DNA of 64,000 nt from NCBI GenBank assembly GCA_963822445.1, contig CAWGHO010000001.1:736001-800000 (forward strand), given 5' to 3'. The notes beneath the pieces were generated by a model that saw only the letters and a list, made by a program, of their open reading frames with translations, was not told where the DNA came from and ran no database searches. Each line of letters opens with the position of its first letter. Position 1 is the first letter of the stretch. Shown here piece by piece: positions 40,013-49,676 of the stretch. This DNA comes from an uncultured Acidobacteriota bacterium. GTDB taxonomy: Bacteria; Acidobacteriota; Thermoanaerobaculia; Gp7-AA8. Position numbers and translations under genes: made by a program.

Positions 40013-40992
40013 GCGGTCACCTCGCGCAACGAGGCGTGAGCACGTCCGGCCTTGCGCCAGGCCACCGCACTGCTGGAGAGCGTGAGAATCAGCGAGATAG
40101 CCAGTGTCGACGCGCCGAGCATCACGTGCAGGCTGGTGATGTGGGGCTGCTTGCCGCTCCAGATCACGTATCCGCCGAGTACGACCTGCGCGGCGACGAC
40201 GATCAGCAGCAGGTGCGCGAGGAAGCGCAGCGGATGATTGCTCTCGAAGCGAAGCAGGCGCACGGCCATGGCGATGACTGCCGCGGCGACGATGAAGCCA
40301 CCGGCGCGATGGACGAAGGCCGCGGCGATGTTCACCGTGGCGAGTTCCGGGATCACACGCCCGAACGAGAGCGGAAAGTCAGGGATGGCCAGGCCCGCGC
40401 CGAGGTGACGCATCACCGCGCCGGCGAGGATCTGCGTGTAAACGAGTCCGGTGAGAGCGCGTGCGCCGATCACCGGCGCGTCGCCCTTCTCCATCGTCCG
40501 CAGACGCGAATACCAGTCGGAGGTGAAGAAGGCGATCGAGACGTTGATGCAGAAGAAGATCTCCGCGAGAGCCGCGTGGGAGATCGAGATCACTTTCGGC
40601 AGGAGGAAGATCACGGTGAGGCCGCCGAGGAGGCCCTGGATGATGACCGCGCCGAGGGAGAGCCAGCCGAGGCGGCGGACGAACTTCTTCGGCTCGCGCT
40701 TCTGCAGCCAGATCGCCTGGATGATGCAGAGGAACCCGACCGTGCTGGCGATCAGGCGATGGCCGTGCTCGTAGAAGATGCCTCCCACCCACTTGCTGTA
40801 CGGGAAGGTGAACATGTTCTCGCCGTAGGTGGTCGGCCAGTCGGGAACGGCCAGGCCGGAGCTGGTGGACGTGACCATGGCCCCGGCAAAAATGAGCAAA
40901 AGCGTCGCCGCGGCGACCACTTTCGTGAATCGCCGCAGCCAGATGGGTGTGGTGTCCGAGGAATGACGAAGGTTTGGTTCGAGGGATTTCAT
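40009..40992 (-). CDS. ctaA: Heme A synthase (COX15/CtaA family)
   Basis: GAMVTSTSSGLAVPDWP, EHGHRL, QGLLGG, HAALA, HRAGG, LHV. Confidence 0.9.
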   Translation of the reverse strand: MKSLEPNLRHSSDTTPIWLRRFTKVVAAATLLLIFAGAMVTSTSSGLAVPDWPTTYGENMFTFPYSKWVGGIFYEHGHRLIASTVGFLCIIQAIWLQKREPKKFVRRLGWLSLGAVIIQGLLGGLTVIFLLPKVISISHAALAEIFFCINVSIAFFTSDWYSRLRTMEKGDAPVIGARALTGLVYTQILAGAVMRHLGAGLAIPDFPLSFGRVIPELATVNIAAAFVHRAGGFIVAAAVIAMAVRLLRFESNHPLRFLAHLLLIVVAAQVVLGGYVIWSGKQPHITSLHVMLGASTLAISLILTLSSSAVAWRKAGRAHASLREVTA

Positions 40993-41756
40993 CCGGAAAT
41001 TTGCGAAACCACCGGCACCTGCTCCGCCATCTTCTTCTCGAATTCGGCCTTGGTCAGCACGTGGTACTGACCCTTCATCCGGTAGTGGCCGAGGCCGCAG
41101 AGCTGAGCGCAGGCGATTTCCCACGTCTCGTTGCCGCTGGTCTTGACGGGCGTGAAGTGTACCGGAACTTCCATGCCCGGCGTCGCGTCCTGTTTCACGC
41201 GCATGTACGGCAGGCTGAAGCTGTGGATGACGTCCTTCGAGCCGATCCGGACGATGACCGGACGGTTGAGCTCGAGATAGAGCTGGTTGAGGGTGGCGAT
41301 GTCGTCCTTCCCGTTCGGATCGGCCGGGTCGATGCCCAGCGGATTCGACGAGGTCACGTGATTGACGTCGGCTTTGCCGAACACGCCGTCCGCGCCGGGA
41401 TAGTGGAAGTTCCACGCGAACTGCTCGCCGACCGCGCGCACGATGAGCGGGTTCTGATCGGGAGTGGGCGGCTTGGTCCAGCGATACCAGAGCGGGATGG
41501 AGAATCCGACCAGCAGGATGACTTCCACCACCGCGATCCCGGCCTCGGCATACGTCGAGATGTGCGAATGGGTGCCGTGGTAGACGGCCTTCGGATTCTT
41601 CGACGCGCGGAAGCGCATCAGCATGTACATGAACAGCAGGCCCCAGCCGACGAAGAGGATCAGCATCAGCCAGTGAACGTTGGCTGACAGTTGATCGAGC
41701 GCACCACCGTGCGCGGAGTAGTTCGGCGGCATCCATTGGCCGAGGAATTCCCTCAT
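40989..41756 (-). CDS. coxB: Cytochrome c oxidase subunit II (CuA; no fused cytochrome c)
   Basis: QFAW, DVIHSF, CAQLCGLGHYRM. Confidence 0.93.
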   Translation of the reverse strand: MREFLGQWMPPNYSAHGGALDQLSANVHWLMLILFVGWGLLFMYMLMRFRASKNPKAVYHGTHSHISTYAEAGIAVVEVILLVGFSIPLWYRWTKPPTPDQNPLIVRAVGEQFAWNFHYPGADGVFGKADVNHVTSSNPLGIDPADPNGKDDIATLNQLYLELNRPVIVRIGSKDVIHSFSLPYMRVKQDATPGMEVPVHFTPVKTSGNETWEIACAQLCGLGHYRMKGQYHVLTKAEFEKKMAEQVPVVSQISG

Positions 41757-42007
41757 GAAAGCGGTCCCCCTTCGATTACGTGAAGCGACTCGCGGAAGCG
41801 CTTCTGCTCGCGCGCGCGGCGCCAGAAGCTCCAGAACAATGCGACGAATCCGATCTGAACGAGGCCGACCAGACCGAGCAGGACATAGATGCCCTTGTTG
41901 ACGCCTTTGACCATCGGGTCATCGGGCGCGCCCCAGCAGACCGAGCACGCCGACGCGCTTTGGGCGACGAAGAGAATGAGAAGAAGTGCGAGGGCGGCCT
42001 TCTTCAT
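41753..42007 (-). CDS. Small membrane protein with signal peptide and CxxC
   Basis: MKKAALALLLILFVAQSASA-CSVCWG, one TM helix; overlaps both neighbours by 4 nt; GGAG RBS. Confidence 0.7.
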   Translation of the reverse strand: MKKAALALLLILFVAQSASACSVCWGAPDDPMVKGVNKGIYVLLGLVGLVQIGFVALFWSFWRRAREQKRFRESLHVIEGGPLS

Positions 42008-42204
42008 GGCAGCTCCTTGAACTTCGTGAGCGCCTTCTTCCCGTAAATCATCAGCGCCACGGCCGTGACCAGGAACAGCGCAGCCAGGCCGAGGGCGCCG
42101 ATGCTGCGCTCGGCGGAAAACTCGCGGATCCCCCACAACGCCACATACAGCGACAACACGATGGTCGCGATGACGAAGATGATGTGGAAGGCGCGGAGTG
42201 ACAT
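42004..42204 (-). CDS. Small two-TM membrane protein
   Basis: MSLRAFHIIFV..., 66 aa, fits the operon spacing. Confidence 0.7.
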   Translation of the reverse strand: MSLRAFHIIFVIATIVLSLYVALWGIREFSAERSIGALGLAALFLVTAVALMIYGKKALTKFKELP

Positions 42205-42211
42205 TGGGTTC

Positions 42212-42721
42212 CTAGTGTTGGGCTGGTGCCGTTTCGTGGGTGCCGGTGGTTTGCGTCGTCGCCGGCTGGCTGGCGTTGGTGTCGTAACCGGGCCAGACAT
42301 CGGCGGCGTTGTTCCGGTGATGCCAGGGTCCCCAGAGCAGCACGCCGAAGAAGAGCACGGTGATGACCAGCACGGAGTAGATCAACTTCCGCTCGGAGAT
42401 CAGATGCATGAAGACGGCCGCGACGAGCGAGCCTTTGACCGTGGCGACGGTCAGGCCGAGGGCGATGGCGGCCCAGGTCGGCAGATGCAGATAGCTGATG
42501 CCCACCGTCACGAGGGTCAGCGTGCAGAGGGCGAAGAAGACCGCCCAGTACTTGCGCATCTCTTTGGCCACATGCTCGGGATCGTTGTGATGCGCCGGAT
42601 CGTGGTCTCCGTGGTGCGTCGGATGGACGGTCTCGCCAAGGGGCTCCTCGACGGGGCCGCCGCCGGCATGATGATCGGGCGCCCAATGCGCGGCGTCGTG
42701 TGGTGCGTTCGTGTCCGACAT
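42212..42721 (-). CDS. coxD: Cytochrome c oxidase subunit IV family protein with His-rich N-terminus
   Basis: YWAVFFALCTLTLVTV, ATVKGSLVAAVFMHL. Confidence 0.85.
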   Translation of the reverse strand: MSDTNAPHDAAHWAPDHHAGGGPVEEPLGETVHPTHHGDHDPAHHNDPEHVAKEMRKYWAVFFALCTLTLVTVGISYLHLPTWAAIALGLTVATVKGSLVAAVFMHLISERKLIYSVLVITVLFFGVLLWGPWHHRNNAADVWPGYDTNASQPATTQTTGTHETAPAQH

Positions 42722-42735
42722 GTCGATTCGCGCTC

Positions 42736-43410
42736 CTACAGCAGATAGAGAATCGGGAAGAGGAAGATCCAGACCAGATCGACGAAGTGCCAGTAGAGCC
42801 CGGTCACTTCGACGCGGTTCGTGTACTGATCGCGGTGCTCGCCGTACCACTTGTTCGCGGTCAGGATCAGGTAGGCGAAGACGACCATGCCGCCGATCAC
42901 GTGCAGACCGTGCAGGCCGGTCATCACGTAGTAGGTGGCGAAGAAGTTGTTCGTGCTGGGGAACTGGTGATGCGAGAACTTTGTGCCGTACTCGATGGCC
43001 TTGATGATTAGAAAGCCGAAGCCGCACAGCAGGGTCAGGACGAGGAAGAGCTTCCCCTTCTTCAGATTGCCGAGCCGGAGGTTGGCCCAGGCCATGACCA
43101 CCGTGACCGACGAGAAGATGAGGATGAAGGTGTTCAGCGTGGCCAGCGGCACGTTGAGGATGTCCGCGCCCCGCGGCCAGGTCGTCGCGCTGGTGCGAAG
43201 CAGTACCAACGTCGAGAACAGAGCTCCGAACAGCATCACCTCGGACGCGAGGAACAGCCAGATGCCCAGCTTGCCGTTGTACAGGCCCGTGTCCGGGCGC
43301 GCGTGGATCGTGTACGGGATCTCGATCTCGTGATGGGCGTCGCCGTGATCAGCATGTCCGCCGACCGGGTGGAGTCCGTGTGCGTCGTGTGTGGTCGTGG
43401 TCATGATCAC
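42736..43410 (-). CDS. coxC: Cytochrome c oxidase subunit III
   Basis: WLFLASEVMLFG, TGLHGLHV, GLYWHFVDLVW. Confidence 0.94.
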   Translation of the reverse strand: MIMTTTTHDAHGLHPVGGHADHGDAHHEIEIPYTIHARPDTGLYNGKLGIWLFLASEVMLFGALFSTLVLLRTSATTWPRGADILNVPLATLNTFILIFSSVTVVMAWANLRLGNLKKGKLFLVLTLLCGFGFLIIKAIEYGTKFSHHQFPSTNNFFATYYVMTGLHGLHVIGGMVVFAYLILTANKWYGEHRDQYTNRVEVTGLYWHFVDLVWIFLFPILYLL

Positions 43411-45308
43411 GATTCCTTCTGCGCTACGGCCGCACCGGCTAGCGCACCCGCGCCGATGACCGGCGGCGGAGCTGCGTCATCGGGGACGTTCTGCGGCAGG
43501 AAGTCCGCCGCCTCGTATCCCGGAACGCTGTACTCGTACGGTCCGCGATAAACGACCGGCGTCACGGCGAAGTTGCCGTGAGCGAGCGGCGGGGCGGTGG
43601 CCGCACCCCACTCCAGGGTCGTGGCCTGCCAATGATTCGAACCGACGCGCTTCCCTCTGAAGATGCTCCAGAAGAAATTGATGATGAACGGGAACTGCGC
43701 GACGAGCAGCAGGAACGCCGAGGTAGTGATGAAGACGTTCGTGTGCAGGACGGGCTTGGCGTGCGCGTACTGCGCGCCGCCGTCGTACAGGCGCCGCGAG
43801 ACGCCGGCCAGACCCTGAATGAACATCGGGAAGAACACACCGTTGATGAAGATCAGCGAGCCCCAGAAATGAATTCGTCCGAGCTTCTCGTTCATGGCCC
43901 GCCCGGTGACCTTGGGGAACCAGTAGTAGATACCGGCGAACATCGCGAAGATCGTCCCCGGTGCCACGACGTAGTGGAAGTGGCCGATGACGTAGTAGGT
44001 GTCGTGCAGGTGGATGTCGACCGCGGCGAGTCCGAGCGGCAAGCCGGTGAGACCGCCGATGCCGAACATCGGCAGGAACGCCAGCGCGAACAGCATCGGC
44101 ACGGTGAACCGTATCGAGGCGCCCCACAGGGAGATGATCAAGGCCGTCAGGATGATGACCGACGGGATGGAGATGATCATCGTGGTGGTCTGGAAGAAGG
44201 CGCTGATGACCGTGCCCATGCCGGTCATGAACATGTGGTGGGCCCAGACGACGAAGGACATGAATCCGAGGAAGACCCCGGCGCCGACGAGGGACTTGTA
44301 GCCCCACAGCGGCTTGCGGGTGTTGTTGGCGATGACCTCGGAAATGATCCCCATCCCGGGCAGGATCAGAACGTAAACCTCGGGATGCGCGAGGAACCAG
44401 AACAGGTGCTGCCACAGCAGCGGGTTACCGCCGCCGGCATTTTTCAGCGGAGTGCCGCTGATCACGAGACCGCTGGGCATGAAGAAGCTGGTGCCGGCGA
44501 CGCGATCCATGAGCTGCAGGATGGCGGCTGCTTCGAGCGGCGGGAACGCCAGCAGAAGCAGGAACGAGGTGACCAGCTGCGCCCAGACGAAGAACGGCAG
44601 GCGCATGAAGGTCAGGCCCTTCGCGCGCAACTGGAAGATCGTGACGATGAAGTTGATCGATCCGAGCAGCGACGACGTGATGAGCAGGACCATGCCCAGG
44701 ATCCAGATGGTCTGCCCGTGTGTAGCGATGACCGAGAGCGGCGGGTAGGAGGTCCACCCCGAGTTGGCCGCGCCTCCGGGGATGAAAAAGCTGGTCAGCA
44801 TCAGCAGGCCGCCCGGCAGGTACATCCAGTAGCTCAGCATGTTGAGCTTCGGGAAGGCCATGTCGGGCGCGCCGATCTGCAGAGGCACGACGTAGTTGCC
44901 GAAGGCACCGACGGCCAGCGGAACGATGGCCAGGAAGACCATGACCGTTCCGTGCATGGCCCCGAGCTGGTTGTAGAACTCGGGGAGCATCACTCCGCCC
45001 GGCGCGTTCGCGGCGCCGAGGAACTTGGCGATGAACGGATGGAAGGGCTTGCCCGGCCACGCAAGCTGGAAGCGCATCAGCAGCATCATCGAGAAGCCGA
45101 GCATCAGGAAGCAGAGCGCGGTGACTCCGTACTGAATGCCGATCCACTTGTGGTCGACCGAGAAGACGTACTTGCTGATGAAGGATTGATGCGGACCGTG
45201 AGCCGCCTCTTCTTCACGCGAGACACGGATCGCTTCCTCAAGCGCCCGCTGCGCGTCTTTCGCGCGCATCCATTGGGTTCCTACCCGGACTTGTCGTTGT
45301 GGTGGCAT
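43407..45308 (-). CDS. coxA: Cytochrome c oxidase subunit I, A1-type
   Basis: DHKWIG, MHGT, DMAFPKLN (D-channel), WFLAHPEVY, WAHHM, GHFHY, GVSRR. Confidence 0.97.
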   Translation of the reverse strand: MPPQRQVRVGTQWMRAKDAQRALEEAIRVSREEEAAHGPHQSFISKYVFSVDHKWIGIQYGVTALCFLMLGFSMMLLMRFQLAWPGKPFHPFIAKFLGAANAPGGVMLPEFYNQLGAMHGTVMVFLAIVPLAVGAFGNYVVPLQIGAPDMAFPKLNMLSYWMYLPGGLLMLTSFFIPGGAANSGWTSYPPLSVIATHGQTIWILGMVLLITSSLLGSINFIVTIFQLRAKGLTFMRLPFFVWAQLVTSFLLLLAFPPLEAAAILQLMDRVAGTSFFMPSGLVISGTPLKNAGGGNPLLWQHLFWFLAHPEVYVLILPGMGIISEVIANNTRKPLWGYKSLVGAGVFLGFMSFVVWAHHMFMTGMGTVISAFFQTTTMIISIPSVIILTALIISLWGASIRFTVPMLFALAFLPMFGIGGLTGLPLGLAAVDIHLHDTYYVIGHFHYVVAPGTIFAMFAGIYYWFPKVTGRAMNEKLGRIHFWGSLIFINGVFFPMFIQGLAGVSRRLYDGGAQYAHAKPVLHTNVFITTSAFLLLVAQFPFIINFFWSIFRGKRVGSNHWQATTLEWGAATAPPLAHGNFAVTPVVYRGPYEYSVPGYEAADFLPQNVPDDAAPPPVIGAGALAGAAVAQKES

Positions 45309-45320
45309 GTGCCCCCTCTG

Positions 45321-45401
45321 AAAGGCTCAAAGGCTTCAGGGCCCAAAGGCTCAAAGGAGTAGTCCCGCTTTGAGCCTTTGCGCCTTTGAGCCATTGCGCC
45401 T
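45321..45401. repeat. Inverted short tandem repeat element, 8-mer AAAGGCTC x4 plus inverted x4
   Basis: aaaggctc aaaggctt cagggccc aaaggctc ... ctttgagc ctttgcgc ctttgagc cattgcgc. Confidence 0.85.
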
Positions 45402-45407
45402 CGTTTC

Positions 45408-46244
45408 TTATCCCTTGAACGTGAACGTAACCGCCTTCTGCTCTTTCGCTCCGACGGTGACCTGCTGCTCCTGCTCGCCGTACTTCTCGTGCCACGCGAC
45501 GAGGGTGTAGTTGCCCGGCGGCAGGTTGCCGATGTTGAACGTGCCGTTCATCTGCGAGACGCCGTGATACGGGTGCGGCAGGACGGCCATGTACGACTTC
45601 ATCCAGCCATGCACGTCGCACTTGATCCGGAACGGCTTGACCTCGGCCTTGTCGAACTTCTTCGTCGAGACCATGCCCTGAACCGGCTGGCCTTCGTTGA
45701 AACCGTTGTTGACCGCGGGCATGGCGTGGACGTTGTGCAGCGTGGCGTCGCTGTTCTTGATCTGGATCGGCTGGCCGACCTGGGCGACGGTGACGTGCGG
45801 GACGTACTTGCAGCCCTTCTGATCGAGGACCGTCGGGCCCGGCGTCGGATAGCTTCCGGCTGGCGCGTTCTTGACGTAGACGATGACGTTCGCGAGCTCC
45901 CCTGCCGGGCCGACGACTACTTCCTCGTCGAGCGGCGGGGTCGGGTGCTGCGACGCGCAGGCTGCATCGGCGCCCATCTGCAGGGGCGGCATCTTCGGCG
46001 CGGCCGCGGCTTCGAACTTCACCGTTCCGGCGATGGTCGCGGCATCGGCAACGACAGGCGCGGTGCCGCCTGCGGGAGTAGCGGCGGTACCAGCGGCGGC
46101 GGTGCCGGCGGTATCGGACGTCTGCAGCGCGCCGTCGTCTTCGCCGAGGTCTTCTTCTTCAACCACTTCCTTGCCGCCGCCGCAGGCGACAGCGAGTACG
46201 AGCATCAGCATGAACAGCAGATTGAGATACTTCCTGAGGGACAT
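45408..46244 (-). CDS. Lipoprotein with cupredoxin-like domain and carboxypeptidase-regulatory-like domain
   Basis: Lipobox LAVAC, acidic and Ala/Thr linker, LHNVH and KCDVHGWM putative type-1 Cu ligands, PGNYTLVAWHE. Confidence 0.8.
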   Translation of the reverse strand: MSLRKYLNLLFMLMLVLAVACGGGKEVVEEEDLGEDDGALQTSDTAGTAAAGTAATPAGGTAPVVADAATIAGTVKFEAAAAPKMPPLQMGADAACASQHPTPPLDEEVVVGPAGELANVIVYVKNAPAGSYPTPGPTVLDQKGCKYVPHVTVAQVGQPIQIKNSDATLHNVHAMPAVNNGFNEGQPVQGMVSTKKFDKAEVKPFRIKCDVHGWMKSYMAVLPHPYHGVSQMNGTFNIGNLPPGNYTLVAWHEKYGEQEQQVTVGAKEQKAVTFTFKG

Positions 46245-46256
46245 CGTTTCTCCTTG

Positions 46257-49200
46257 TTATCGACGTGACCCCGCGCCGCCGGCGGTGCGTGGCGCGGTCT
46301 CGAGACTCCCCGTCTGAACTCCAGGCGTGACGGGCGGAGTGCTCGGTGCTTGTTGTGTGGGAACGCGTTGCAGTGTGCGGCCCGGTTCTGCCGGCGCGCG
46401 CATGTTCTCGACTCCGATGCTCCAGATGTAGTCGCGCATGAAGTTCGTCAGCGCGACGGCGTCGCCCATGGTCTTGCGCAGCGCTTCGTCGCTGGCGAAG
46501 TACGGGCGAAGCACCGACCTGTGTCCCGCGAACTGCGGCGTGTCGATGGCCATGGCCAGCGGCGACTGGAACCCGCCCGTTTCAGCATCGCGCGGGAAGT
46601 TCGTCGGCATGCGCGTGCCGGGGATGTGCTCGTCCGGACGGCGGATCCAGTCCGCGATCCAGTCATGGCGCAGACGCAGTTTCGAAAGCGTCAGGTTCGG
46701 CGCGAGCGACTGCGTGTCGGCGACGTTGGGAATCGGCGGATTGGCCGGATCGACCGGCGTCACCGCGTGGCACTGCTGGCAGCGAAGCATCTGGAAGACT
46801 TCGCGGCCGATGGCGATGTTCGCCGGCGGCGGCTCGTGGTGCCGGGTCGTGTCGAACTGCGTCTCGTTTCCTTCCGCGGCGAAGCCAGCCACGATCCTCG
46901 CGGCCTGCTGGTCGTTGAACTGGAAGGTCGGCATGCGCACGCTCATCCACGGGCGGATCTTCATCACCGTCGGATCTTTGAGGAACGCGAACATCCAGTC
47001 GGACTGGGCCCGCTCGCCCTGCGGCGTGAGATCGGGCGGCAGGAAATTCGGATCTTCGATGAGGGCGCCGATCGCCCGTCCGCGCTGATTGACGACGTGG
47101 CATCCGCGGCAGTTGCTCTGCGAGATGAGCTTGCGCCCTTCCTCGACCTGGCGCATGCGCGCATCGCTCGCGGCGATGCGATTCGCGGCGACCTTTTCCT
47201 TGGTCAGGCCGAGGACGACCGAGGTGATGAGCCGCGCTTCTTCCTCGGAGAGGTAGAAGTTCGGCATCTTCAGCTTGTCGTTGTAGGGCTTGGTCCGCTT
47301 GTCGTCCCACACGCGCGGGCTGCGGACCTTGTTGTAGATCCACGAAGGAACGGTGTGGAGGATGTGCTCGGTCTTCCCATCCTCGTGCTTGTAATCGTGC
47401 GCGAATCCGAAATCGAAGAGATGCAGGTTCTTCGAGCCTTCGGTGGTGAGCTCGGTGCCGATCGGCTTGAGCCCTTCGAAGCCGGAGATGTCGTGGCAGG
47501 AGTAGCAGCCGTATTTCTCGATGCTGCGCTGGCCGAGGAAGACGAGCTGTTCGCGCAGAGGCATCGACCGGAGCCGCGCCTCGGCATCGAAGTCGGTCAT
47601 GGTGTTGACCATGTAGCCCTTGGTCAGCTCGCGCACGGCCACCGGGTCCGGCGGGCGGATCGGCTCGGCCATGAACTTCGGCTTCTGCAGCGACATCAGA
47701 TACGCGGTGATGTCCGACGCTTCCTGATCAGAGAGGCGCAGGCTGGGCATCGGCGCGTTCGGGTCGTACGCCTTCGGATCCTTCACCCAGTTGAAGACCC
47801 AGTTCGGATTGGTCTTCGTGCCGACGCCGGTGAGGTTGAAGCCGAAATGCCGCTCCAGCGGGAAGTCATCGCGGCGGGCGACGCGAACCACGCCCTTGTC
47901 ATCGGTGACCGTGTCCTGGGCGATGTGACAGCCCATGCAGCCGATGGACTCGACGAGCTGCTTGCCGCGGCCCGCATCACCGCCAGCCGGCGCGTTCCAG
48001 GCGCGGCGCGTGGACTTGGTGAAGAGGTAGGTGACGATCGAGTGGATCTCGGCGTCCTGATACTTGATGTTCTGCACGCGCTCGTGAGCCGGCACGTCGG
48101 GACCGACCATGTTGCGCTGGTAGAAAAACGAGGGCATGCGCGTCGTCGAGCGGAAACGCTGCGGCGACGCGATCCAGCGGTAGGCCCACTCAGGAGTCGT
48201 CTTCTCGGCGATGCCGTCGAGCGTGGGGCCGGGCTTCTGCAGATCGGTGAAGCGCCAGTTGTTGATCTTGTGGCAGGCGTGGCAGCCGTAGAGCTCCACC
48301 ATCTGCGTGGCCTTGTTGATGTGATCGCCCTTGCCGACATCGATCTGGCCGGAATGGCACTTCACGCATCCAGCCTCGGTGTGCTGCCGCGGATACATCG
48401 GCGTGTCGAGGAACGGATTGACCTGATAGCCCCAGTTCCGCTTCTCGTAATCGAGCTTGGTCGGGAAGAAGGGCATCATCGTCTTCTTCCAGCGAAGCTC
48501 CATCCGCTTGGACATCGGCGTGTGGCCGGCGCGGCCGAATTCGGTGGCTCGATCCTGTCCGCGATGGCAAACCGTACAGCCGTATTCGAGCAGCGGATGG
48601 GGCGACGACGAGCCGACGAAGGTCTCGAGCTTCGGATGCGTGCGGAACGGGTTCAGCAGATCGTTCTTCGCGGCAACGGTACTTCGCAGCAGCGCGAGGC
48701 GCTCTTCGGTCTCCGCACGGCGTGACGGCTGAATGAGGTTCTTGTCGAGTTGCGTGGAAAGCTCCGAGATCAGCCGCTCCGCTTCCTTCTTCGATTCGAA
48801 GCCGGGGCGGTCGATGGCCCGGTGGCAGGTCATGCAACGGTCGACGCGCGGCACCGACATGTAGTTCATGTCGATGAAAAGATCGCCGAGAACGACCTGG
48901 TCGACTTTCAGGGTTGGGTTGATGAAGTCGAGCATCGGGGAGTTGAGGAGCAGGTTCGGCCCGCTCATCTCCACGCGGGTGCGTGCTTTCCTGAGCAGCT
49001 CGATGTCGGCGCTGATCTCTTTCTTGCGCTCTTCGATCTGGGTGATGCGGGTCAGGAAGCGGTTGATGCGGGCGCGGGACGCGTCGCGGTCACGCGTGAC
49101 CTGCTGCAGTCGCAGGTTCAGGCGGTTGACCCTGGCGGACATCTCCTCGTACTCGCGGCGCTTTTCCTTCTCGTCGTGGCGATGCTGCACGATCGAGGCT

Positions 49201-49592
49201 TCGACCTCGTAGCGCTTGGCGTCGAGAAGGGCCTTCGCGAACCGGTAATCCTGGTCGGCGGCGTAGTGCCTCCCCTCCCACATCTCGAGGTCTTTCTGCG
49301 CGCGGACGTATTGGTCGCGGTTTCTCGCGACCTCGACCTGCCCCTCGCGCATCTCCTTGTCGAGCGCGGCGAGTCGTTTCTGGGTCTCGGCGTCGTTGAG
49401 GACGGTGAGCTGCTGATCGATCCGCTCCTGCTGGATGCGGTTGAACTCGAGCTGGAACCACTTCCAGCCGCGGACGTAGTCGTATCCGACCATCAAACCG
49501 GTTACCGCCAGCAGACCAATGCTGGTCAACGCAAAGATGAGGTTGAGCTTCCCCATCGAGTAGTTGTGCGGAATCGGTTCTTGCGGCTTCAT
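46257..49592 (-). CDS. Membrane-anchored octaheme cytochrome c of the Rieske/cyt b complex
   Basis: Eight CxxCH (CMTCH, CTVCH, CVKCH, CHACH, CMGCH, CYSCH, CRGCH, CQQCH), N-terminal TM, long coiled coil, MP motifs. Confidence 0.9.
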   Translation of the reverse strand: MKPQEPIPHNYSMGKLNLIFALTSIGLLAVTGLMVGYDYVRGWKWFQLEFNRIQQERIDQQLTVLNDAETQKRLAALDKEMREGQVEVARNRDQYVRAQKDLEMWEGRHYAADQDYRFAKALLDAKRYEVEASIVQHRHDEKEKRREYEEMSARVNRLNLRLQQVTRDRDASRARINRFLTRITQIEERKKEISADIELLRKARTRVEMSGPNLLLNSPMLDFINPTLKVDQVVLGDLFIDMNYMSVPRVDRCMTCHRAIDRPGFESKKEAERLISELSTQLDKNLIQPSRRAETEERLALLRSTVAAKNDLLNPFRTHPKLETFVGSSSPHPLLEYGCTVCHRGQDRATEFGRAGHTPMSKRMELRWKKTMMPFFPTKLDYEKRNWGYQVNPFLDTPMYPRQHTEAGCVKCHSGQIDVGKGDHINKATQMVELYGCHACHKINNWRFTDLQKPGPTLDGIAEKTTPEWAYRWIASPQRFRSTTRMPSFFYQRNMVGPDVPAHERVQNIKYQDAEIHSIVTYLFTKSTRRAWNAPAGGDAGRGKQLVESIGCMGCHIAQDTVTDDKGVVRVARRDDFPLERHFGFNLTGVGTKTNPNWVFNWVKDPKAYDPNAPMPSLRLSDQEASDITAYLMSLQKPKFMAEPIRPPDPVAVRELTKGYMVNTMTDFDAEARLRSMPLREQLVFLGQRSIEKYGCYSCHDISGFEGLKPIGTELTTEGSKNLHLFDFGFAHDYKHEDGKTEHILHTVPSWIYNKVRSPRVWDDKRTKPYNDKLKMPNFYLSEEEARLITSVVLGLTKEKVAANRIAASDARMRQVEEGRKLISQSNCRGCHVVNQRGRAIGALIEDPNFLPPDLTPQGERAQSDWMFAFLKDPTVMKIRPWMSVRMPTFQFNDQQAARIVAGFAAEGNETQFDTTRHHEPPPANIAIGREVFQMLRCQQCHAVTPVDPANPPIPNVADTQSLAPNLTLSKLRLRHDWIADWIRRPDEHIPGTRMPTNFPRDAETGGFQSPLAMAIDTPQFAGHRSVLRPYFASDEALRKTMGDAVALTNFMRDYIWSIGVENMRAPAEPGRTLQRVPTQQAPSTPPVTPGVQTGSLETAPRTAGGAGSRR

Positions 49593-49597
49593 TTTCG

Positions 49598-49676
49598 AGT
49601 TGTCAGTGGGCAGTGGTCAGTGGTCAGGAGTCATGGCAGCGGTCAACTGACCATTGACCACTGCCCACTGATCACT
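49598..49676. repeat. Inverted short tandem repeat element, 7-mer AGTGGTC x4 plus inverted x4
   Basis: agttgtc agtgggc agtggtc agtggtc ... ctgacca ttgacca ctgccca ctgatca. Confidence 0.85.

Noticed and set aside
46257-49592. Octaheme protein as HAO, nitrite reductase or alternative complex III ActA
   Set aside because: No CxxCK; spacing shows serial class-I domains; context is Rieske/cyt b, with no ActB/ActC
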